Source of the DNA: Paraprevotella sp.
GTDB lineage: Bacteria > Bacteroidota > Bacteroidia > Bacteroidales > Bacteroidaceae
Direction: 5' to 3'
Length of the DNA: 64,000 bases
NCBI GenBank assembly: GCA_045634965.1
Contig: JAZRBH010000006.1
Location: 128,886-192,885 of the forward strand
The position numbers and the translations under genes are program-made. This document shows, one piece after another, positions 40,601-47,795 of the stretch. Each line of letters starts with the position of its first letter. Position 1 is the first letter of the stretch. Below the pieces are notes generated by a model. The model searched no databases. It had not been told where the DNA came from and saw nothing but the letters and a program-made list of their open reading frames with translations.

Positions 40601-42233
40601 AACCATTATCAACGGAGGAACGGTGAGCGTCTCTGCATTGGCAGATGGTGGTATGCCAAGTTCGTTCGGTGCGGCATCGTCCGGTGCAGAAAATCTGAAG
40701 ATAGGCAAGGCCACATTGATTATAGATAATACAAATACCTCCACCAATAGAGGCATTACTTTGACTGATTCTGCGACCATACAAATCCCTTCAGGAGCAA
40801 CTTCGTTCAAGGGTATCATTAAAGGAACCGGAACGTTGATAAAGACCGGAACAGGACAACTGAACATTACCTACAGTGGTAATAATACGTGGAGTGGGGG
40901 TACTGTGATTACGGGTGGTACGTTGGCCATGGGAACATGGAATACCACTTTCGGAGTGCCAACGTCTAAGATTACAGCCTTGGGGGGTACCATTCGTATT
41001 TTTGACAATAATACAACATCTGCCATACCGGTATTTAATAATACATTAGAGATACCGGAAGGTAAATCCGTGACGATGGCCGGTGGTCAGCGTTGTTCTA
41101 TTCAGGGGAACTTGACGGGTGCAGGAACTTTGTACATCTCATTCCCTTATGTGCGTGGCGACGTCTCTACCAATATGTCGGCGTTCAGTGGTACGTTGAA
41201 CATCACGTCCGGACAATTCCGTTTGGTGAAGGCAACAGATTTGAGTAAGGCATCAGTCGTACTGCAAGGCGATGCATATCTGGTTCATACAAAAACCGGA
41301 AGTGGAACAGAAGTCAATCTGACAACGAAAATCGGTTCGTTGGCAAGTGAGAGTACGACTTGCAGTTTAGGCATGGGTACGTATGAGATTGGTTACAACA
41401 ATGAGGACGCAACCTATAAAGGAACGTTCTCCACCAATGCCAAAATCTCAAAGTATGGTGATGGTGCATGGACATTGACCAACACTTCGGCAACCGGTGT
41501 TGATGTGTTGGGCGGTACGTTGGTGTTGGATGCGAGTGCTTCATTGACAGGGGCTGTTACTGTGCGCGAAGGTGCTACGATTGATCTAAAAGGTAGGGCC
41601 GGCACTCTAACCATTCGTGGAGGTGGCTCTTTGGTGGCCAATCCATCCAAAAAAACAGCTGCCACCGGATATGTTACAGGTAATTTGAATGTGCAAAAGG
41701 GTGGCGTTGTTACTATCAAGAAAGCGGGAACGCGCTATGATCAGTTTGAGGTGAGTGGCAGAGTGTCGCTCAATACGCCTACCATCAATATCGTATATGC
41801 GAGAGGAACGTATGAAGAAGGTGAAGAAATCAAGGTATTCGATGGATACACGTCTTTAAATGTTTCAGGTGATGTCACAGTTACACCTGCAGCTCCGGCG
41901 GAAGGTTTGGCTTGGGATCTGTCAACCTTTGCCGAGGATGGTGTCATTCGTATTGTGAAAGCAACAAGTGTGGATGAAGTGGAAATAGACCAAATCCGTG
42001 TTTCGCCTAACCCGACTAAGGATATTGCCCGTGTGACATTTGCTGCACCTTTGAAGAACGATGTGGTTCTGCAATTGTTGGCGACAAACGGACAGGTATT
42101 GACCGGCGAGCGGATTTCAGCCGGAACGAAGTCTTATGATTTGGATGTGTCTGACCGTTCATCCGGCATCTATTTCATTCGCATTATTATCGGCGAAGAA
42201 CAAAGAATTTATAAACTGTTGAAATCGGAATAA
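37686..42233 (+). CDS. PL11-like rhamnogalacturonan lyase with autotransporter-associated beta-strand repeats and T9SS type A CTD
   Basis: LGRGVVA..TVTWR, DLDGDGEMDY, AHGD..DIDPERPGLE, GDWREE, LGYDM; repeats GSLVKNGKGKLTL and GTLIKTGTGQL; C-terminal VSPNP...SGIYFIRI. Confidence 0.85.
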   Translation: MKKILIGGLLFLCGTLQISAQRIQQTLGRGVVAAQNGTSVTVTWRRFAQEPENVTYNLYVNGSKINNTPLTNTNYATTTGVVPVGSSIAVSAIVNGVESEMSAPYVMKSRDLRNMFMQISFAASPLATANYTTDYVWPADLDGDGEMDYVVNRKSVSTGLDNYIEGYLRTGEHLWTVKLGPNELSCSGQDDMILAYDMDCDGKADVVCQTSDGTQFWDATHKTFGLYVNGHTTGDTDGDGIINYETQATRNAPRYMTVVDGMTGREKCSVEQTYNSAYNRTNRSSLMGDEYNKHVGHVGVFYHDGVHPAVIMEWHIRYTNGGHAYYNSAFAFDFSSGNAGGWKELFCKPTGGPAFHQIRIADVDADGKDEMLTGGYTMNEDGSTLNNPGIAHGDRFRTSDIDPERPGLETFAIQQNAGDMLGQILYDAATGKAIKKWYLGAVGDVGRGECMDIDPNHLGWEMWSTMGGVYDAKGELIPEHTAPYPTEGIWWDGDYDREIVQTSDSHYNVYIQDFSTGWRLIEIAKLSGWRYVTVYAKRAAFWGDIIGDWREELVLLHKENGVCVGIVGFTTDFTTNINNIYSLQEDPAYRLQCTTKGYYQSPNTGFYLGYDMPRPQLPPCMVTDVIWKSTDNFTNYERSAAAVYEDGKSVLLDLNSDGEISMTKEMRPSVLYAMPVKGQTIALAGSGKLSGEMDLWKSQAGTLKVDVPMEYTGTTYISEGTLEVNTELKSDVSLRARGTLSGNGSINNITFEGALNVEGCRIAPNRSMTFKKGLDINKKVYMEMDLQTSGAEPIVDVVKVEGDLNVTAPLIFTIVTSDAAPLPGKYKLIEYSGTFNGKTSFFSINGLKGLFCEVLNENGAVYLVINEQRTASAGVQWMGYEDNYWNYSVSNFDLNGTATSFVANDAVEFTDNATSTGVIVNELMPVASISVDNSTKNYMFTGDGGFSGSGSLVKNGKGKLTLKVNKSDYTGATIINGGTVSVSALADGGMPSSFGAASSGAENLKIGKATLIIDNTNTSTNRGITLTDSATIQIPSGATSFKGIIKGTGTLIKTGTGQLNITYSGNNTWSGGTVITGGTLAMGTWNTTFGVPTSKITALGGTIRIFDNNTTSAIPVFNNTLEIPEGKSVTMAGGQRCSIQGNLTGAGTLYISFPYVRGDVSTNMSAFSGTLNITSGQFRLVKATDLSKASVVLQGDAYLVHTKTGSGTEVNLTTKIGSLASESTTCSLGMGTYEIGYNNEDATYKGTFSTNAKISKYGDGAWTLTNTSATGVDVLGGTLVLDASASLTGAVTVREGATIDLKGRAGTLTIRGGGSLVANPSKKTAATGYVTGNLNVQKGGVVTIKKAGTRYDQFEVSGRVSLNTPTINIVYARGTYEEGEEIKVFDGYTSLNVSGDVTVTPAAPAEGLAWDLSTFAEDGVIRIVKATSVDEVEIDQIRVSPNPTKDIARVTFAAPLKNDVVLQLLATNGQVLTGERISAGTKSYDLDVSDRSSGIYFIRIIIGEEQRIYKLLKSE

Positions 42234-42239
42234 ATATTG

Positions 42240-42247
42240 TACTTTTG
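42240..42247 (+). promoter_or_regulatory. -7 promoter box for the ricin/LamG enzyme
   Basis: TACTTTTG, about 30 bp upstream of the GTG/ATG at 42277/42280. Confidence 0.55.
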
Positions 42248-42276
42248 CAACAGAAAACACCATAAATAAAATCAAC

Positions 42277-45200
42277 GTGATGAACAGAATGATTACTAAA
42301 GGATTGAAAGCCGTTCAGCAAGTGAGGTTAGGATGGATTGTCCTATTGTCAGTTTGTTGTCTTAGTATGGTGTGTGAAATGAAAGCGCAACCTTTAGCCG
42401 GTGATGTGATGGTGGCATTCCCACGTGCGCAGTTAGTCCCTTATGACATTTCGTCGCAAGGAGTAGAGCAACCGGTGCGTTGGGGAATTGATACAGCATG
42501 GTTATGGGATTGGTGGCCTTTGCGAGCAACCAACCACATGCGTGAGTGTGCCTCGTTGGGGCGTGTCACTCTTTCCCCTCGTGTGAGTGGTAATCATACG
42601 GAATTAGATGCTGATCAGAAGTCTAATTTTGACTTACAGTTGAGTTGGTTGAAAAAGTCAGAAGTAAAGGATCTTTATCTGTTGGCAGGCAATACCAGCG
42701 GTCAGTATTGGCAAATCGGTTATCGTGCAGCCTTTGTCAAAGATATAGAACTTTCAGTACTTTATTTGCAAGGTAAGGGTTATAACGTCATAGCGATAGC
42801 TCCTTTCAACGAACCGGATTATGGTGCGAATTTGGCTCCGGGACCGGAGGAAATGGCGGAAGTTTCGCGCCTGATACGTCAGAATGCGACACTCAGCACG
42901 ATTGATGTGTGTGGACCGAATACGTTGAACCCCGATTATGCGGCTTCGTGGTGGCCCATCATGAAAGATGCAGTTCAAGTGGGTAATACGCACCAGTTGG
43001 CAGGAACATTCGACTCGTTTGCAGGATTTTATGCGGCAGTGCAGGCTTCCGGTAAGAAATCAGCGGGCGATGAGATGCACAACATCAACGATGCTCTCAT
43101 AGGCATGAACTATGGGATGACTGCCGGTATCTGGTGGTCGGACTATGGAGGTTACACCCGTGCAGAGTTGGGTTGTGCCAGCAACGATGGTGTGCGTATC
43201 GGTTATGCAGAGAATCGTGCGGCGTGGACGTCAACTGCGGTGTTCAAACGCAAGTCGGAACCTCTTGTTGAGGCCTTTTTAGGTTCATCGGAACGTCAGG
43301 CGGCAGCAGCTTCCTATACATTCTTGTCGCAAGACAGATTGGTCTATTATGACGGATACGGACCTTATTACGATTACACCCAGGGAACACCGGGTGGAAC
43401 AAGCTATCAAGTGGGGCAGACAAATGCTGAGTATGTCATGGAAATGACTTATGGCGAGGATGTGTCACCTGGTCCGATTGAAGGCAATTTCATATTGGTC
43501 AACAAAAGTACCGGGAAAGCTCTCTCGGTAGGTGGCGTAGACGCATGGACTCTGACTCCTGTAGGTCCTACGGCTTTCGGTGATTTCAGCTATCATTTCA
43601 TGACGAATGTGTCCAATAAGTCTCAATACTTGGATGCCATCAAGTATCAGGCAAGCAATGGTGCTGCTGTTCAGATTTATGCAGGCAACGGCAATGAGTG
43701 TGAGCGTTGGCACTTCCGTTATAAAGGAGGCGGATATTATGTAATTACGAATCATGACAGCGGATTATCACTTGATGGACGTGGCGGATCGGTGGTACAA
43801 TGGGAACGTACAGGCAGTGACTTGCAGTTATGGCGATTGGTGCCCGCCGGTGCAGCAATTGAGACAGAAGCTCCGGTCGCACCGAAAGATCTGATGGCAG
43901 AGGCATTGAGTGGAAGCGTGCGACTGACATGGGACGCCAATACAGAAGAGGACCTTTTGGGATATATGATATATAGATATAATGCGCATGCCGATATATG
44001 GGAAACCATAGGGCGTCGTATCTCGGAGAATCGTTTTGTGGATAATATCTGTGCTAAGGGAGAATCCTATCGTTATCGTGTGAGAGCGATTGATAAATCA
44101 TGGAATGTGAGTGATCCTTCAAACGAGGTGACGGCTTCTACTTCTGTACAGCCTGCACTCATTGCTCAATGGCCGTTGAATGGGACACTGTCGGAGAAGA
44201 CGGAAAATCAACTCCATGCAGTGAGCAATGGTGTGGACTTTTTGACTAATGACACGCACAACGGAGCTGTTTTTGATGGGACCAACGATTACATTTCTCT
44301 GCCTTATCATGTTGCGGACATGAAAGCCATGACGTTCAGCGCATGGGTAAAAATATCGTCCACTACGGCATGGCAGCGCATTTTTGATTTCGGGCGCAGT
44401 CAAAAGGACTATCTGTTCTTGACCAACAACAATGGTTCACGTCTGCGTTTTGAGATTTGCAAGGATGGTGTAAAGCAAGGATTGAATGCGACAAAGGATT
44501 TGTCTGCGGATATATGGACACACGTAGTGGTAACGATTGGCGACAGCGGAACGAAAATTTATTTGGATGGTAAGCTGAACGCATCGACTACAGATATCAC
44601 TTTCCGTCCGTCGGACATTGCTCCGAATGTTTGTTATCTTGGACGCTCATTCTTTGACCAGGACCCACTTTTTGCAGGTGTCTTAGGCGATGTTTGTCTG
44701 TACAATTATGATTTGAAAGAGGAGGATGTGCAGAAACTATATTACCACGATCAAGTGGCGAGTGCCGAGGAACTCTTGGAAAAACCGATGTATAGTGGGC
44801 GTCGTAACACGTTGTTGACAGCCATAGACGAAGTGGAAGTTGCCATTGAGACAGGTGACGAAACAGAGATTACGCAGAAGTTACGACGATTGAAGACAGC
44901 CATGAACGGAGCCAGAACATCCATCAATTACTATGCGCCATTGGCTGATGTTTTAGAATGGACAGAGGAAATGGCATCGCTATATCCGCAAAAGGACGAG
45001 AAGGCGAATGCAGAATACCGTTCACAATATGATGCGTTGTATACTGAGTTCGTGAGTGGAGTGTTTGAACACGCAGAGATAGAGGATAAGGTGAAAGAGG
45101 TAAAAACCTTTGCCAATCGCTACCTGATGACAGATGCCGTGAGTGAGGCTACCGACAGGAAACCTGTTGACATCACCCATTTGTTGCGGAATGCTGATTT

Positions 45201-45858
45201 ATCAGCGAATACAACTGAGCATTGGACACTGACTACAAATGAGACCGGATATAATGGAACAAATGGTTATGGATGTTTTGAGGTGTTCAGTCATACGTTC
45301 AACCTTTCTCAGGTGCTATATGGTATGCCCGATGGTACATACGCTCTTAAAACACAGGCCTTCTACCGCAATGGTGCTAAGGAGAATTGTGCCAGCACTG
45401 CGGTTCATGCGATGGTATATATCTGCGATTCCACATCTGCGATACGTCCCATCTCAAGAGGGGCAAATAGCAGTACATCCGATGGAGACTGGTATGCTTA
45501 TGCCACCAATAAATATGTACCTAATGATTTGGAAGCTGCTGCTTCGGCATTCAATCAAATGAATCGATATAAACCGTCCAACGCCGTTGGATGTGCCAAC
45601 ATAGAATACAAAGTCGAGCAGGATGGTGAATTTGTGTTGGGATTGAAGAAAACGAAAGCGGTAAACAATGACTGGACTGTTGTGAATGACTTCCAACTCC
45701 TCTATTATGGTGGTGGAACGGGAAGTGCTATCCGTGATGTGAGAGTGAATGTGCAGGAGGACGATAAAGTGTACGACTTGACAGGACGGCGAGTGGATGC
45801 CGATCGTCTGCACAAGGGAGTATATATCCGGAAAGGACAGAAAATCCAAGTGAAATAG
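42277..45858 (+). CDS. Secreted multidomain protein: putative clan GH-A TIM barrel + ricin-B + Fn3 + LamG + helical linker + short Prevotella-type T9SS CTD
   Basis: FNEPDY and GDEMH motifs, QxW ricin repeats, APKDL..VRLTW..YRYRVRAID Fn3, WQRIFDFG..WTHVVVT LamG, VYDLTGRR..KGVYI..KIQVK. Confidence 0.75.
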   Translation: MMNRMITKGLKAVQQVRLGWIVLLSVCCLSMVCEMKAQPLAGDVMVAFPRAQLVPYDISSQGVEQPVRWGIDTAWLWDWWPLRATNHMRECASLGRVTLSPRVSGNHTELDADQKSNFDLQLSWLKKSEVKDLYLLAGNTSGQYWQIGYRAAFVKDIELSVLYLQGKGYNVIAIAPFNEPDYGANLAPGPEEMAEVSRLIRQNATLSTIDVCGPNTLNPDYAASWWPIMKDAVQVGNTHQLAGTFDSFAGFYAAVQASGKKSAGDEMHNINDALIGMNYGMTAGIWWSDYGGYTRAELGCASNDGVRIGYAENRAAWTSTAVFKRKSEPLVEAFLGSSERQAAAASYTFLSQDRLVYYDGYGPYYDYTQGTPGGTSYQVGQTNAEYVMEMTYGEDVSPGPIEGNFILVNKSTGKALSVGGVDAWTLTPVGPTAFGDFSYHFMTNVSNKSQYLDAIKYQASNGAAVQIYAGNGNECERWHFRYKGGGYYVITNHDSGLSLDGRGGSVVQWERTGSDLQLWRLVPAGAAIETEAPVAPKDLMAEALSGSVRLTWDANTEEDLLGYMIYRYNAHADIWETIGRRISENRFVDNICAKGESYRYRVRAIDKSWNVSDPSNEVTASTSVQPALIAQWPLNGTLSEKTENQLHAVSNGVDFLTNDTHNGAVFDGTNDYISLPYHVADMKAMTFSAWVKISSTTAWQRIFDFGRSQKDYLFLTNNNGSRLRFEICKDGVKQGLNATKDLSADIWTHVVVTIGDSGTKIYLDGKLNASTTDITFRPSDIAPNVCYLGRSFFDQDPLFAGVLGDVCLYNYDLKEEDVQKLYYHDQVASAEELLEKPMYSGRRNTLLTAIDEVEVAIETGDETEITQKLRRLKTAMNGARTSINYYAPLADVLEWTEEMASLYPQKDEKANAEYRSQYDALYTEFVSGVFEHAEIEDKVKEVKTFANRYLMTDAVSEATDRKPVDITHLLRNADLSANTTEHWTLTTNETGYNGTNGYGCFEVFSHTFNLSQVLYGMPDGTYALKTQAFYRNGAKENCASTAVHAMVYICDSTSAIRPISRGANSSTSDGDWYAYATNKYVPNDLEAAASAFNQMNRYKPSNAVGCANIEYKVEQDGEFVLGLKKTKAVNNDWTVVNDFQLLYYGGGTGSAIRDVRVNVQEDDKVYDLTGRRVDADRLHKGVYIRKGQKIQVK

Positions 45859-45870
45859 TAGATGGTCGAC

Positions 45871-45934
45871 GTTTGTCCGCAGTCACACACATGTTTGTCT
45901 GCGGTCACACGCATGTTTGACTGCGGTCACACAT
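45871..45934. repeat. 22-bp tandem repeat, 3 copies
   Basis: gtttgtccgcagtcacacacat / gtttgtctgcggtcacacgcat / gtttgactgcggtcacacat. Confidence 0.88.
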
Positions 45935-45998
45935 GAACAATGTCGTAAAGGAAATCCATTGATAGCCCACAAGCGGACAGTCAATTGTCTTTTAATCA

Positions 45999-46032
45999 GC
46001 ATTTAGCAATCGTTTAAACGGTGTTTAAATGC
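45999..46032. repeat. 34-bp imperfect palindrome
   Basis: gcattta gcaat cgtttaaacg gtgtt taaatgc: perfect 7-bp outer arms and a 10-bp central palindrome. Confidence 0.7.
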
Positions 46033-46072
46033 GAACAGCGATGAGCTCACGGATACCTTGATTTAATAGAAC

Positions 46073-46110
46073 AAAAAAAATCCTCATGGGATTTCTCTCA
46101 TGAGGACTTT
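46073..46110. terminator. Terminator hairpin between convergent genes
   Basis: tcctcatg / catgagga stem flanked by A8 on the left (U-tract for the minus strand) and ttt on the right. Confidence 0.75.
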
Positions 46111-46127
46111 ATACGGTGCTATTCTAA

Positions 46128-47621
46128 TTACAATTCTACTTTCTTCTTTGCCGGTTTCGACTCATTGTGCAAACGGTCGAGTGCCGTTACCACATAAGTA
46201 TATTTTATCGTACCGTCTTCGTAGGGCAGTTTATAGAAAGTATTATTGGTGATTGCCACAATATTCTCGGCGTAATCCAAGTCTACCTTCTCGTCTTCAG
46301 CAAAGCGATAGACCACATATTGACGTGCCTTGTCCATCTCTTTCTTGCCCTTGGGAGCATACCAGAACAGCATATAACCGTCCTCTGTCCAGAAAGCCGT
46401 CAACTTACGTACCTTCTTCGGAGCTTTCTTGTCAATCCAAGGCATTGAAGGTTGCAAAGCCGGACAACTATGGTATTTCTTGCGCAGCATCGTACCGTAA
46501 TCCCCCTTATTGTCCACCACCGCTTTGGCATACCACTGACAACTGCCTTCTATGTTGGGCAATGTACGTTGCAGTTTCATCTTACGCTCCATCTGATGCT
46601 TTTTCGGATCCACCGGATCAGCGTTACCCACCGTTCTGTCCACGTCCTGACCGATAATCAACGGACGGGCAGATGCGTGTTCGCTCCACCAACGAATCAG
46701 CGTATCATAGTCGGCAGCAGAATGTCCAATCTCCCAATAGATTTGCGGGATGTTATAGTCCACCCAACCCTCTTCTACCCATTTCAGCACATCGGCATAA
46801 AGGTCGTCATAGTTCTGCAACCCACGTGTATTACTTCCACGCTGCGGGTCATTCTTCAAATTGCGGTAAATACCAAACGGAGATACTCCGAACTTCACCC
46901 AGGGTTTGATTTCATGAACACATTCATACATCTGACAAATGAAGCGGTTCACATTCTCCCTGCGCCATTCTCCACGCTCCTGTCCCTGTCCGTAACGGGC
47001 ATAAGTCTTATCATCAGGAATTGGTTTTCCGCCATCCGGATAAGGATAGAAATAATCGTCTATATGAATACCATCCACATCATAACGCACCAGGATGTCC
47101 GTTACCACATTGCAGATATAATCTCTGTTCTCAGGAATTCCGGGATCCATAATCAATTGCCCCGCATACTCGAAGTAACGCTCCGGATGCTTGAAATACG
47201 GATGATTACTTGCCAAATCCTTTGTTCCTTTCGTCTTGGCACGATAGGGGTTGATCCATGCATGCAGTTCCATTCCCCGCGCATGACATTGCTCTATCAT
47301 CCATTGCAAAGGGTCCCAATACGGAGCAGGTGCAACGCCCTGTTTACCGGTCAGATAACGACTCCAGGGTTCAAAACTGCTTTCATAAAGTGCATCGAAC
47401 TCCGGACGCACTTGAAACAAGATGACGTTGATACCACACTTCTGCAACTCATCCAACTGATAAGTCAGTGTGTTCTGCATCTTTTCCGTCCCCATGTTCA
47501 TGAATTGATAGTTCACACACTGTATCCACGCCCCACGAAACTCACGTTTAGGCGTCAACTGAGCAGACAGCGTCATGCTGCACCACCACAACAACAAAAG
47601 AAAAAGAGATTTTTTATTCAT
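46128..47621 (-). CDS. GHL10 (YddW/DUF187-like) family glycoside hydrolase
   Basis: REFRGAWI, FQVRPEFDALY, HAWINPYR, GIHIDDYFYPYP, FGVSPFGI, PQIYW; start moved to MNKKSL, downstream of the minus -7 box at 47640-47647. Confidence 0.9.
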   Translation of the reverse strand: MNKKSLFLLLLWWCSMTLSAQLTPKREFRGAWIQCVNYQFMNMGTEKMQNTLTYQLDELQKCGINVILFQVRPEFDALYESSFEPWSRYLTGKQGVAPAPYWDPLQWMIEQCHARGMELHAWINPYRAKTKGTKDLASNHPYFKHPERYFEYAGQLIMDPGIPENRDYICNVVTDILVRYDVDGIHIDDYFYPYPDGGKPIPDDKTYARYGQGQERGEWRRENVNRFICQMYECVHEIKPWVKFGVSPFGIYRNLKNDPQRGSNTRGLQNYDDLYADVLKWVEEGWVDYNIPQIYWEIGHSAADYDTLIRWWSEHASARPLIIGQDVDRTVGNADPVDPKKHQMERKMKLQRTLPNIEGSCQWYAKAVVDNKGDYGTMLRKKYHSCPALQPSMPWIDKKAPKKVRKLTAFWTEDGYMLFWYAPKGKKEMDKARQYVVYRFAEDEKVDLDYAENIVAITNNTFYKLPYEDGTIKYTYVVTALDRLHNESKPAKKKVEL

Positions 47622-47639
47622 TACATCATTATTTGTGCA

Positions 47640-47772
47640 CAAAAATACAACAAAAGGCCTATGAAACACAAACATTCACAATGATTTCTTCTGCTTTTTT
47701 GCCTGAAAAGAAAGAGAGAACAGAATAACCTTAAAAATGGCAACAACTTCTTAATATAAAATTGTATCTTTG
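47640..47772. promoter_or_regulatory. Divergent -7 boxes for GHL10 (minus) and uvrA (plus)
   Basis: TATTTTTG on minus at 47640-47647; TATCTTTG on plus at 47765-47772. Confidence 0.6.
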
Positions 47773-47795
47773 CTTGTTCGCTAAATCAAAAGTGC

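Noticed and set aside
45871-45934. 22-bp repeats as a CRISPR array or matS sites
   Set aside because: No spacers; only a GTCAC half-site rather than the palindromic matS, and MatP is not a Bacteroidales protein.
45859-46127. Canonical dif site
   Set aside because: No TTATGTTAAAT/ATTTAACATAA arm found by eye; only the partial match reported as a finding.
46452-47684. 410-aa plus-strand ORF antisense to the GHL10 gene
   Set aside because: It lies almost wholly opposite a well-conserved gene, has no recognisable motifs and has the composition of an antisense shadow frame.
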